DNA from: Myxococcota bacterium
GTDB lineage: Bacteria; Myxococcota; XYA12-FULL-58-9; JABJBS01
Assembly: GCA_036339465.1 (NCBI GenBank)
Contig: JAYZAY010000054.1
Coordinates: 24,872-88,871 of the forward strand
DNA: 64,000 nucleotides
Reading direction: 5' to 3'
Under the pieces are notes generated by a model. The model was not told the origin of the DNA. It saw nothing but the letters and a program-made list of their open reading frames with translations, and ran no database searches. Below, piece by piece: positions 39,675-50,131 of the stretch. How positions within the stretch are numbered: position 1 is the first letter of the stretch; every line of letters begins with the position of its first letter. Position numbers and translations under genes: made by a program.

Positions 39675-41006
39675 TTAACCCGTGGATGCCAAGGCTTGGA
39701 TTTGTTGCTTCACGGTGGCTTGGCCTGCTTCATTGAGTTGTTGCCCATAACGACGAAGGTAATCAGCCTCTCTGACTTTCGTGAATTTTTCATAATAGGT
39801 GTCGATGTCGGCGGTGGTTAAGTTGTCGTGTTTTAGGACGCTTTGTCGGTGATTGGCAGGAAGGGTTTCGAAGTTGTCGGGAAGGAGTCCGCGTGTTTTG
39901 CAAGTATGATAAAGGGGTGTGCCGGGATAGGGATAAAAGACGAAATAGCCGAAGTCGTCGGGTGCTAAATCGTGATGAAGCTCTAGGGTAGCCTCAATGT
40001 CGTCGACAGTTTCTGTGGGAGTGCCAAGGATATAGTTTGCGGTGGTGAGAATGCCCGCTGCTTTCGACCACCGAAACGCATCGATGAGCCGTTCGTTGGA
40101 GACTCGGCGGTCCATGATTTCTCGCCGAACCCGTTCTGAGCCAGACTCAACCCCAAAGGTGATATGGGCGCAGCCGGCCTGAGCAAGTTGTTGGAGCATG
40201 GCTTCGTTGATGGTTTCGGCTCGGGCATGGAGGGAAAAGGGGGCGCCAACTTCCCGGGGATAGGTTTCGCAAAATTCACGGACCCATTTGTGGTGGATGG
40301 TGAAGGTGTCGTCGAGAAAAATGACGTAGTTGAGGGGGCCTTTTTGGACAATATCTTGAAGTTCTGCCACGACGTTGTCGACGGATCGACGTCGGCCGTA
40401 GTTGGGGTAGAGTTCGTGGTACATCCGGGCGGCGCAATAAGTACAGGGAAATGGGCATCCTCGTTGTGTGGTCATATTGACCACACCGTATTTTTCGTTG
40501 AGCATGTCCCGGGCCATGAAGGGTAGGGTGTCTATGGGGGAGAAGGCGGGTCTTAAGGTGGGCCGCTGACCATCTTGGCACCAGATGTTTTGGATTTGGC
40601 CCTCTCTCACTTCGCCTTCCCGTTCGAGGGTATCGAGAAATTCGACAAAAGCGCCTTCCCCTTCGCCCAGACATACATAATCAAACCCCGCGTGGGCGAG
40701 CACACTTTCGGCGGCGAAGGTGGGATGGAGTCCGCCTGCGATGGTGGGGATGATACGTTTTTTTCGGATGGCGGCGGCAATATCCCGGGCCCGAAGCCAT
40801 TGGCGGGAGGTGAGGGAGAAGGCAAGCACATCTGGTTTGTGCCCCAGGACTTTTTTGACAATGGTGGGGATGGACGTTTCTATCTTAAGGTGCAGAATCT
40901 CGATGGTGTGCCCGTATTGCCGGGCATAGGCAGCCAGGAAGGCGGGTCCAATGGAGGCTACGGCCCAATCACGTTCCATTTCAACTTCTAAAAATAGGGT
41001 TTTCAC
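39675..41006 (-). CDS. Cobalamin-binding radical SAM enzyme
   Basis: B12-domain (GGLHPT, GEGE), RGCPFPCTYC, DDTF, GVESGS and PYPGT motifs. Confidence 0.93.
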   Translation of the reverse strand: MKTLFLEVEMERDWAVASIGPAFLAAYARQYGHTIEILHLKIETSIPTIVKKVLGHKPDVLAFSLTSRQWLRARDIAAAIRKKRIIPTIAGGLHPTFAAESVLAHAGFDYVCLGEGEGAFVEFLDTLEREGEVREGQIQNIWCQDGQRPTLRPAFSPIDTLPFMARDMLNEKYGVVNMTTQRGCPFPCTYCAARMYHELYPNYGRRRSVDNVVAELQDIVQKGPLNYVIFLDDTFTIHHKWVREFCETYPREVGAPFSLHARAETINEAMLQQLAQAGCAHITFGVESGSERVRREIMDRRVSNERLIDAFRWSKAAGILTTANYILGTPTETVDDIEATLELHHDLAPDDFGYFVFYPYPGTPLYHTCKTRGLLPDNFETLPANHRQSVLKHDNLTTADIDTYYEKFTKVREADYLRRYGQQLNEAGQATVKQQIQALASTG

Positions 41007-41210
41007 GGGGTTTCTTGTAGCTCAACACCAAAACAAATGCCAACGGCCTTGGTGTTTGTGCCAGGAAGTATCCTCAAAAACCCTCGGCGGTGGCATCAAA
41101 CCAAAAATCAACTTGAGATTCTATGTGCGGAGATCTTCCCAAAGACAGCCAAATCCTTGATGCCTTTTGCCAAAAATTCCTTTCAAGAAGTTTTGGAGGC
41201 GGCGTTAGTG

Positions 41211-41720
41211 CTACCTTAGGCTAGATTGAATTCGGTAGTCCCAAGGAAATCCGCATAGGTGGTCCTTACCACCCGAGAAAACCCTTAGGTAGTAGGAGCC
41301 CTCATCTTCAACCTTGAGCACCACGCGATAGCCAATGACGTAACTTTGGCTGTCTTCAACCTCTTGGAGGCTAGCGCCCCCTAACTCGGGGGGGCATTCG
41401 GTGGCCGCAGCTCCACAGCGTTTTGGCTCGATCTTAACTTCACCGGGGCCGTAGATTTCAAAGATCCCTCCCACATTATAGCCTTCTGTTTGACTGTCTA
41501 CCTGAATGAGGATTTCTTCTGAAGAAGAGGCCTCGATGACGAAAAAGTCAGAGTCTGCTTGGTCTACGGAAGTTTCGATGGCTTCACTTGTGGTTAGAGG
41601 AATGGATTGCTCGAAGCTATTGTTAGGCTCTAGATGTTGACTCAACTCGCCGCAGAGTGTTCTGCAAGATGGCGTTAAGGTGAGAGAGGCGATGAATAAC
41701 AAGGGTATATATCGATTCAT
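41211..41720 (-). CDS. Lipoprotein with a PPC-like beta-sandwich (candidate immunity/partner protein)
   Basis: MNRYIPLLFIASLTLTPSC lipobox after GGAG; EPNNSFEQS...DSDFF...GSYYLRV. Confidence 0.7.
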   Translation of the reverse strand: MNRYIPLLFIASLTLTPSCRTLCGELSQHLEPNNSFEQSIPLTTSEAIETSVDQADSDFFVIEASSSEEILIQVDSQTEGYNVGGIFEIYGPGEVKIEPKRCGAAATECPPELGGASLQEVEDSQSYVIGYRVVLKVEDEGSYYLRVFSGGKDHLCGFPWDYRIQSSLR

Positions 41721-41750
41721 TCTTAAACTCCGTTGCATGTTGTTGGCTTC

Positions 41751-43553
41751 TTAAGGGGCACCGTTGCCTGCGCGAATCATTTTGAGAGCTGCTTGATAAT
41801 ATGCCCACTTTTCAGACGACATACCAGAAGCATTGAAGGTATTATTTTGCATGGCCAGAGCCATATCTTCCATAAGCGCTGCTTGCTGTTCGGGGTTGAG
41901 TTCTTGAAAGCTAAGGCCCGCGTTCATGGCTTCTTCCCAATTGTAGGCTCCGTTTCGGCTTCCGCTTCCGACCGCCGCAGCGAATTGTGAGGCCAAGGCC
42001 TTGTGAATATAGTCACCGCCGCCGTTTTGGTTTTGCCAGACGTGGCCCATTTCATGAGCTAAGGTTTCACGACCGCGTTCATTAAGCTTACCGTTGGCAC
42101 CGTAGCAATCGTCTGCTAGATAGATGGTGTTTCCGACGGTCTTAGATGCTCCAAGGGAGACGGGGCTACCCCGTTTTACTTGTACAAGATCCAAATTCAC
42201 AGAGTCGCCGTAGAGTTCTCTGAATTGACATTTTTCCTTGTTGCTGAGTTCACGGCTCGGAGGTTCTAGCCCTAGCACGGTCGATCCTGAACTAACCAAA
42301 GCTGCTACCCCGCGCATAACGGCATCGACGGCTCCACCGAGTAACCGGCCTGCCGCATTGACATACGACATTCCAAAGTGTTTGAAGGCTTGTCCAAAGT
42401 TTCCCTTAAAGAGTTCTTTGAATCCGTTGAAATTGTTTTTGAGGAAATCTGCTGCCATTTCGATGGGGGTTCTGACGATGTCTCGGACTATTCCCGCGGC
42501 GGCGGAAGTAATGGTGCGTCCTGCATCGAAGATGCGATGACCAATAATTTTAAAGGGTTTACCTAGGGGGCCCAAAAGCCCTCCCACTCCATCGACGAGG
42601 TGTTTGGCGCCATCGAAGAGACCATCTAAGAGTCGACCCGGTGCTTGAAGAATGCCGCGGTCTAAGCCTTGTCCGAGTTCCTTAAAGGCCTGGCCTATTT
42701 TGCCTTTGACGATATTGCTACAGAATCCGCCTACGCCTTCTGCGACCCCCTTTATTGCACCGCCTATGGCGCTTCCAATTCCCTTGAGTACGGATCCAGC
42801 TGCTTTAACGGTGGACTTGGCGGCCTTACCCAGAGCTTTACCCACTGCTTTACCTGCTTTCTTGATACCATTCCACGCGGCTTTGAAGGGATTCCAGAAT
42901 TCTACCTCCACTTCTTTTCCGTCGACACGGATCACGCCCTTGTCATTTTCGTTTTGAATATCTTTGATTTGAGCTTGGCTGAGTTTTTCGCCACCGAGGA
43001 TGCGCCGGAACATTTCGCCTTCATCTCCAGCGGTATCTGCTTTATTTAGGGCATTATCTAGGTGATGCCCTGCCTCTTCCACGAAAGTTTCTGCCGCAAG
43101 CTTTGGATTAGAAAGGAGATTTATGTTGAGATAAACGGTTTCTTTTTCTGAATCATAGGCTCCGTGAGCACCTTGTAGCACCGAGTTATTAACGAATTGG
43201 ATTGGTGGTAGAAATGAGAAATTACCATGAAGGGCTTGATTGCGGAATTGCTCGGCCTTTGCCCGGTCGTAGTTGGCGCCGAAAACTTGCTTCATGAAGG
43301 CATGAAACTCTTTTGGGTTTTTGGCTTTGGCGCTAAATTGTTGCTTGAAGGTTTCTTGGAATTGCTTATATCCCGAAGTGGTGGTTGTCGATTGCCGAAA
43401 GCATCGGAGATTGTCGAGGGCGCTTGTGGATTGGTTGGGGTTGGCTTCTCTCTTTTCTGTGGTTACCTGTTCGGATTTGGCATGAGCACCTTCGATTTTA
43501 CTAAGATTGGGACGGGGAATGGATTGACTGGTGGTTATTAGGGCTGAGCGCAT
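41751..43553 (-). CDS. Secreted-type protein with two zincin-like domains (EEAGH..GDEG and DUF4157-like HEXXH) flanking a Gly/Ala-rich region
   Basis: GAY..VYLN..EEAGHHLD..DTAGDEG; amphipathic Gly/Ala-rich middle; TVGNTIY..TLAHEMGHVWQ..NPEQQA. Confidence 0.75.
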   Translation of the reverse strand: MRSALITTSQSIPRPNLSKIEGAHAKSEQVTTEKREANPNQSTSALDNLRCFRQSTTTTSGYKQFQETFKQQFSAKAKNPKEFHAFMKQVFGANYDRAKAEQFRNQALHGNFSFLPPIQFVNNSVLQGAHGAYDSEKETVYLNINLLSNPKLAAETFVEEAGHHLDNALNKADTAGDEGEMFRRILGGEKLSQAQIKDIQNENDKGVIRVDGKEVEVEFWNPFKAAWNGIKKAGKAVGKALGKAAKSTVKAAGSVLKGIGSAIGGAIKGVAEGVGGFCSNIVKGKIGQAFKELGQGLDRGILQAPGRLLDGLFDGAKHLVDGVGGLLGPLGKPFKIIGHRIFDAGRTITSAAAGIVRDIVRTPIEMAADFLKNNFNGFKELFKGNFGQAFKHFGMSYVNAAGRLLGGAVDAVMRGVAALVSSGSTVLGLEPPSRELSNKEKCQFRELYGDSVNLDLVQVKRGSPVSLGASKTVGNTIYLADDCYGANGKLNERGRETLAHEMGHVWQNQNGGGDYIHKALASQFAAAVGSGSRNGAYNWEEAMNAGLSFQELNPEQQAALMEDMALAMQNNTFNASGMSSEKWAYYQAALKMIRAGNGAP

Positions 43554-43909
43554 GGTTTATTCCTATCATAGTTAGTGTGTAGTGATTTGGGATGCCTTAA
43601 CTTTAAAGTGAACTCTACGGCCTGGGTCTTTGATTTTATGGGTCTACAGTTGAACGGATGACGGTGGTTATTTTTGTGGGTGATCGTCATCACTTTTTGT
43701 CGATTTTTATGGGTTGTTAGGAGGCCTGATTACATCGTGTTGAAAAAGCACCGCGTATGACGTCACTTTTTCTTGCTCTTGTTTCGGGATTTCCGATGAT
43801 GGGATTGGGTTGTGATAACAGGGATGGCATACAAATTTCGCTTGGTTGCTCAGGCTCTTGAGCGCCAGGTCGTTGCTTCGTTATCCTTAGTCTTGGTATT
43901 TTTACCACG

Positions 43910-44085
43910 GAGTAGTGCCCCGCATACTGATATAAATTGAGCTCACCGCCTTTTTGGGTGTCGAGTTTTGGGTTGGCCCTGAAGAGTGGGTTAGGTGAGA
44001 GCCCTCTGCTTAGGGTGGGGTCGTAAACCCACTTGCGAAAATGGCACAATCCCGTGGCTTTGTCTGGCTTGTGGTCCGCGAGCAA
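43910..44085 (-). pseudogene. Degenerate Rhs repeat-associated core remnant
   Basis: DKATGLCHFRKWVYDPTLSRGLSPNPLF...LNLYQYAG aligns by eye with the Rhs consensus D.ETGLYY.GARYYDP..GRF.S.DP...NLY.Y. Confidence 0.65.
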
Positions 44086-44317
44086 TTGCGTATCGAACCT
44101 TTGCTTCCTGCCCAGATTGTAGTTTTACTGTTTTTCTTAAGCTTCTCAAAACTGTATGTTTATCAAGCTTTCCAAATATCCTTGCTAGATGCAAAAGACC
44201 AGTAATAGCAGCAGAAGCCCACTTATCCTCATAAGTTATGAAAGATAGATATATTTCTTGAACCCATTTCCAGTCATCTAGTTCGCTGATTTATTTTAGG
44301 AACTGGTCTTCTAGGCT

Positions 44318-44851
44318 TCAACGAACCAGTGCCAGGGCTAAGACCGCCAGTAACAAAGGAATCGTTACCCCAAACGTCATTTGAACGCCGTAGCGTCGCC
44401 CAGTGGTGCCTTCTTGCAAATACCCCCACCAGTAAACGAACCGCGCAATACAAAAATAGACAGCCAGTATGGGGACTAGGTGCAATTGGTCGCTACGAAG
44501 AAGGCTGGCTAAGGTCACCAAACAGGTGGCAAACCAGATGAATTGCTCAAGGTGATTTTGCATTACACGACAATGAATGAGCAAGGTAACGCTCGGTTTA
44601 TCAGAGATGGGGTTGTGGGCCCCTTCGTTGAGCCGTAAGTGCAATATATAAGTGCAAACAGCTGCGTATGGAACCAGGGCAATGAGCATCCATGGGAGCG
44701 AGAAAACGACCCGCTCGGCTGCCGTAAGCTCTGTGGTTAGAGCGCCGATACCAAGTGCATATGCACCCCAAATCACCGCAAAAGTTCCGGGAAGGGTGAA
44801 GCCAACGGACGAAAGGATGCGCGCCTTTCTTTGGGATTTCATTTCATTCAT
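44318..44851 (-). CDS. MAPEG-family membrane protein
   Basis: Four TM helices with RVMQNHLEQ and ARFVYWWGY. Confidence 0.8.
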   Translation of the reverse strand: MNEMKSQRKARILSSVGFTLPGTFAVIWGAYALGIGALTTELTAAERVVFSLPWMLIALVPYAAVCTYILHLRLNEGAHNPISDKPSVTLLIHCRVMQNHLEQFIWFATCLVTLASLLRSDQLHLVPILAVYFCIARFVYWWGYLQEGTTGRRYGVQMTFGVTIPLLLAVLALALVR

Positions 44852-44977
44852 GAGGGAGTTTTAACAGAGCCCTCAAGCTTGGCCTAGGGGATTTTTTTAA
44901 GCTTGCCAGACTTTGGGGTTGGGATCGCTCGCCGGTGAGGTTCGTGCTTCTCGTGTGTCGAAATCCATGCCGCCAAC

Positions 44978-45029
44978 CACGCTGCTTTAATGTGGCTTGG
45001 CTTAAGGGGAGCCACATTAAAGCAGCGTG
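44978..45029. repeat. Perfect 20-bp inverted repeat with a 12-nt loop
   Basis: CACGCTGCTTTAATGTGGCT (44978-44997) and AGCCACATTAAAGCAGCGTG (45010-45029). Confidence 0.92.
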
Positions 45030-45639
45030 CCCTCGTCGTGTCTTCTTTCCACAGAATTCAAAAACTTCACCATCCGCGGTTTGGCAGGCATTGTGGCGGT
45101 GGGGGGGGGATTGGTCGAGGATGTCTCTCTGCGGTTTGCCCACCTTGGATTGAACTATGGTCTCCAATTTTTGCTCCGATTGGATCGCAATTTGGTCAAA
45201 TAGGTCGATTCGGGTGCTTTGGAACGTTGGTGTTGAATTTGTGGTAGAACTCTTCTTTTTTTCTCTGGCCCTCACGGGTCTTTGGGGCGGAGTTTGTTTT
45301 GGGCGGTGGTCGGCTTGGTTGGTAAGTGTTTCTGGTGCGCACCGTGTCAGGTCGACAATTGAGACTGAGGAAAAGTGGCTTGTGCCTCCTCTATCGAACG
45401 ACGCTTCGAAGCAGACGTCTAGATTTTGGTCATTCCAATGGGCAGGCAATAGAGCGTGAAACGGTCGCGTTTGTCCCCGAAGAGGGTTTGGTGGCTAGGT
45501 TTAATGGCAAAATCCAAGACAAGTTGCCGCCCCTCCTTGATGCTCTTTCCCTCAAAACGCAACATTTTTCCGCCCGCCCCGATAAACCTTAAAAGATGCG
45601 ATAAGTGCCTGTAATAAAGGATAAAAGTACATTCTGAAA

Positions 45640-47403
45640 ATGGGGGGAACCATGAAGATAGATCAATCACCAGCCAGTTATGCAAAGAGCCCAACCATCC
45701 CTCGCTCCGTTACTACCGCGCAAGAGATCGAACCTCGGCCCCTAGGACTTCTATCCGTGTCAATGCCCTCGAGTGATAGAGTTAAACCCACAAAAGTGAA
45801 GCCCGAAATCCAAGCATTGGTAACTCCATCGCAGAGTGTGCGAGCAAATCTACTCAAACCAATTCCATTGACAGCCGAAGAAATGATGGCAGCTCGGGAA
45901 GCGGCCGACGAAATTTATTCAGCCCTCGATCCATTCGATGCCTACTGTGTTAAACCCGCAGATTCCAACACTGTGCTCGAAGTACTTCAAAGTCTCAGCG
46001 CATCCGAAATCATGGCGTTAAAGCGAGTATTTAGAAAAGAACACGGCGGAGATATGGGTTCGCTGCGGTCTGCATTCAACACCTCGATGTCAGGGAGAAG
46101 CCTCTCAAAAGCACTCTCCCTCCTCGATCGGGCTGCTGCCTCAAGCCTGCGACAAAATTCACTGCCTCTTCACGATTTTTCTGTCGATCCTTCCGGACTC
46201 AAAGGAGCCTGTTCCGACGGTCGACTCAGAGCCGAAATTCAAAAGGTCGTTGAATTACGCCAGGATGGAAGAACCTCTTCTTACGACTTACACTCTTCTC
46301 ATGAAGCAACATCAAACAACCGCATGCGCTTGTTGGTCGACGGCGATGAGGCCTATCCAGTATTATTCGATGCGATTGGAAGCGCCAAAGAGTCGGTCCA
46401 TATTTCTTATTTTCAATTTCGCGACGATGAAACAGGAAAAGCTCTTGCTGACCTCTTGGCCCAAAGGGCCCAAGCCGGTGTCAAAGTAAGACTCATGATG
46501 GACCAGTCCGCAAGACTTCAAAAAGGCCAAAATAATGCTCTTTTTGTGGGTATGCAAACCCAAGGGGTTGAAGTCATTGAAAACCGACTATGGAAAGCAC
46601 GTTTAGACACCGATAAAATTCTGAGTAGACCAGACCACCGAAAGATGGTCATTATCGACGGTCAAACCGCCTTCACAGGCGGCATGAATATTGGCGATAA
46701 ATACCGATTTCACTATCACGACATCATGGTCATGCTCCAAGGAAATATTGTTAATCAATTGCAATGTGAATGGATTAAGTCATGGTTCTACCGCGAAGGT
46801 ACCATCGACCCATCCTTGTCCCCCCAGGAATTTGTTGAGAATTACTTTCCAAAAGCCAAAACAACCGGTGCCATGAAAATCAAACCGGCCCAACACATTC
46901 CATCCACGCACAGTGAGATACGTGATACCTATTTGCAGATGATCGCCGAAGCCCAAGAATCAATCTACCTGCAAACCCCCTACTTCACAGTCCCTAAAAT
47001 GAAGCAAGCTCTCCTCGATGCTGCTAAACGAGGGGTGCCCGTTCATGTGGTTATCCCGGGAGAAAATGATGTAGCCCAATGTGCCTATGCCTGCTCTTCA
47101 ATGTACGAAGAACTCGTCAGGGGCGGTGTCCATCTTTATGAGTATCCCGGCTTTAACCACTGCAAGTTCATCATTACCGATGAAAAAAGAGTGAGCCTTG
47201 GAAGTTCTAATTTTGACGGATTGTCGCTCAACCATATTTACGAAACAAACCTAAATATTGAAGACCCAGAATTTGCCAAAGAAATGCTCACGCGCTTTGT
47301 GCTTGAAGACACCCACAGGTCAAAAGAGATATCGATTGCAGATGGTATCAAAGCCAATACCCTTTGGAATAGATTCTGGGGTTGGTTCGGTAACTATCTT
47401 TAA
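45640..47403 (+). CDS. Phospholipase D / cardiolipin-synthase-like enzyme with an N-terminal annexin-like repeat
   Basis: Two HKD motifs (DHRKMVIIDG, NHCKFIITDE), GGMNIG and GSSNFD; no N-terminal TM helices; annexin-like segment at aa ~88-162. Start may be 45652. Confidence 0.88.
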   Translation: MGGTMKIDQSPASYAKSPTIPRSVTTAQEIEPRPLGLLSVSMPSSDRVKPTKVKPEIQALVTPSQSVRANLLKPIPLTAEEMMAAREAADEIYSALDPFDAYCVKPADSNTVLEVLQSLSASEIMALKRVFRKEHGGDMGSLRSAFNTSMSGRSLSKALSLLDRAAASSLRQNSLPLHDFSVDPSGLKGACSDGRLRAEIQKVVELRQDGRTSSYDLHSSHEATSNNRMRLLVDGDEAYPVLFDAIGSAKESVHISYFQFRDDETGKALADLLAQRAQAGVKVRLMMDQSARLQKGQNNALFVGMQTQGVEVIENRLWKARLDTDKILSRPDHRKMVIIDGQTAFTGGMNIGDKYRFHYHDIMVMLQGNIVNQLQCEWIKSWFYREGTIDPSLSPQEFVENYFPKAKTTGAMKIKPAQHIPSTHSEIRDTYLQMIAEAQESIYLQTPYFTVPKMKQALLDAAKRGVPVHVVIPGENDVAQCAYACSSMYEELVRGGVHLYEYPGFNHCKFIITDEKRVSLGSSNFDGLSLNHIYETNLNIEDPEFAKEMLTRFVLEDTHRSKEISIADGIKANTLWNRFWGWFGNYL

Positions 47404-48247
47404 CTTAGAGCGGCTTTCGCCGTTTATGAACATTCCTGACGAAAATCCATCATCCGTCTTCTCGGTATCCAATATTTACATTTCAATCATGGAAAATCCC
47501 TCCGGACATTCTGCGGAATTGAAACTCACCCCCCGCCAATGTTCGAAAGAAGGCTCATCCCACTAAGAGCGCCAGGTCTTTCTTTGCATTTTGAGAAAAG
47601 CAAACCAGATACGCAATGGATGCGCTCTCAAAAACACCGGGGCTGCCGTTTCAGGGGGAGGTTGCAAACCGGTTTTTTTTGAGAACCTGTTCAGCCTTCA
47701 CGATGGGGGCATAATTCACGCCCAGGCCCACAAGGAAATTGAGGAGTTTCTCCGTTATCTTTTGTGTGTACCGGTTTCCCAGCTGAGGAAGTAGGCGGTG
47801 ACCAAAGCAACCAAATCCGAGAAGGTGGATGGGAGTAAGAACGCCAAGGGATGCAGTAAAAAGCCCATGGGTCGAAACCGGTTGATGCGCCGGGTGACTG
47901 GCATTAAGGTTGGTTAAGGTCTCCAAGTTCGAGGTCCGGGTGAGCAACGTTGAGTTTATCATTTGGGGAAGCTGATGGCTTGGTTTATTGTGTCTTAGGG
48001 TGAATTGTTTCGTGGCGAGCTTTTGTCCCTATAATGCGACTTGTCTTGTTTTAGTTTAAAATGAAATGAGTTGCTTGAGCCGTGGGGATAAAAATGGACG
48101 ACGTGGCTTAAATTAGAATAGTAAGACAAGGGGGATTGGAATAGGTGTTTGGCTTGCGCTGCTCTTGATTAAGTTCTAGAATCTCAATAGGAGACCTATT
48201 TCTCAGTTTGCCTATGAAGTGAACATGATTCACGCGGTCCTACACAC

Positions 48248-48562
48248 CTAGTCGACGATTCTGAATACTTCCCAGCGCGTAGATCCAGAGACGACCACTT
48301 CGCTCATCTTCTTACCCCAGTCTTGATGCATCGATATAGAGGCAATTTTGTCAAAGAACTTCTGCAAATCATCGAGCCCCGAAATCTCGGTCTCCATCTC
48401 AACCAAGGCTTCACTCGCCCCAACAGATCCAGTGAGTATTCGTGACCGCGTGATATCAAAATCAGTCTGCGCTCCAATTTCCTTATTCCATTCCTTGAGT
48501 AGATTGATTGCTTCGTTCTTATGGCCAAAGCGGGCCTGAAACTGCCAACGTGCGAGCATCAT
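48248..48562 (-). CDS. Small dimeric alpha/beta-barrel (NIPSNAP/ABM-like) protein
   Basis: AGGAG RBS; ARWQFQARFGHKNEA...VVSGSTRWEVFRIV ferredoxin-like pattern. Confidence 0.7.
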   Translation of the reverse strand: MMLARWQFQARFGHKNEAINLLKEWNKEIGAQTDFDITRSRILTGSVGASEALVEMETEISGLDDLQKFFDKIASISMHQDWGKKMSEVVVSGSTRWEVFRIVD

Positions 48563-50131
48563 ATCGAACAACTCTCCTGTAATAGTCTGCTCGAAAGCAA
48601 ATGGCTCTCAACCAGAGGTTGCATTGTAAAATTTATCTAATAGGGCATAGAGCGAACAATGCAACTTTTTTTATTTTTCGCCTCTCATGCTTAGACTCGG
48701 CCGGTTATGCAGGAAACCCAAACCAAACCTTAAAGCCCTTGAATGCCGGTCTCTTAAGTATATCGCCATGGAATGGATTTGTTATATAAAACCCACACCC
48801 GGAATTAGGCGCACTTGTTACTTGTGAATCCTCGGAGCTATCTCAAGGCCTTAAAGTTTAGCATGTGGAGAAGAGGAGGCACTGGCTCCGATCGCATTTG
48901 GTGGTTTCTCTTTCACCTGTCGATGGTCTTTCAGTTATGTTATTGAGGTGTATATACTTCGTCATTTCTCTCGTTGCTCGAGCACTCCTTGCCCTAAACT
49001 GAGAAAACTACGGTATTGGCACCGCTCTTAGCTATAGAGATTTTCACAGGGTTGCCGTTGTTGGAGGTGGCTTGGGGTAAAAAAGGTTGAGCCACTTTGG
49101 AATCTAAAGGCATTTCCACTGACCGCGTTCTTTGAGGTGGGTGTGCTAGAAGTGCCAACGAACACGACGGTGTTTTTTTTATCCTGGAATGACGTCGCCA
49201 ATAAGGGTGTGTATGAGACCATTCGGCGATTAACCGTTCAATGGTCTACATGGATAAGACCACGGGCAATCAGATCTTCAATATTGCGATAGCTGAGGTT
49301 TTAGAGAATATGCCACCGAATCGAGGGAAATATGATGTCTTTGGAAAAATGACGGGTTGGAAATTTCATGTAGAAAGTTAAGCGTTGTCATGGGTTCTAG
49401 CCAGTTTGCGCAAGAACAGCATCGCAACGCAGCGTGGCTAGATTCCCCCCGGTCTACTGTCATCATTCCACATGGTAATCCACCGGGCGCAAGCACCTCG
49501 CTACGGTGAAATCCGGCAATGCGCTGAATGATTTTGTTGTGACAATAATCGCAATTTGGTCGCTTTCTTCGCATCTAGTCTCGTGTGAAAAATTGCCACA
49601 GGAACCATATTTTTGGCGACCCTATTAAGACCCTGTGTCATATGTTCTAGACCGCACAGCGTCGGCTTATGCTATGTGAGTCCTGATTCCACCGACCACC
49701 CAATTGCCAACATTGGACGCTGCGCCGTGCGCGCTTGCTGGCATCTGGCGCGTTGGGAGGGTTGCAAGTGAGCGTGCCACTTGGTGTTCGTTTTGCCAAG
49801 GATTTTGCCCGTGGTCTGTTGGCTGATTACACTCTATTCGCCTCATTGACCTCGGCGATCTCTAATTGCAAATGGATGTATAGGTTTGTGGCGTTAAAGT
49901 AGACCTTCCCCGACGATTGAAGGTAGTTGACCGGCGCGGCAATAAAGCGGCGGGGCGTCTGACAGAAAAGTCCCGGGCTGGCTTCTTTTTTGTTAAAAAT
50001 GGCACTTCTGTGGTGATTGCTGTCGAAATCTTCCAAACAAGAATTAAGTTATGTCGTTTTTTGCACGGTCACTCCCCTAGGGACGGAGAATTTAGGCCTT
50101 GGCAAGGTATTATGCTATTTCTTGCTCAAAT

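Noticed and set aside
44844..45449. 201-aa minus-strand ORF and overlapping + strand ORFs
   Set aside because: No domain, atypical composition, and they cross the 20-bp inverted repeat; probably non-coding.
45640..47403. Naming the PLD clsA
   Set aside because: It lacks the N-terminal TM helices and has an annexin-like segment, so no symbol was assigned.
49762..49779. Sigma-54-like TGGCAC...TTGC on the minus strand
   Set aside because: GG-to-GC spacing is 11 nt rather than the required 10, and no clear gene follows.
47404..50130. Several short ORFs around the small barrel-protein gene
   Set aside because: No recognisable motifs or convincing RBS; cannot be supported without homology searches.
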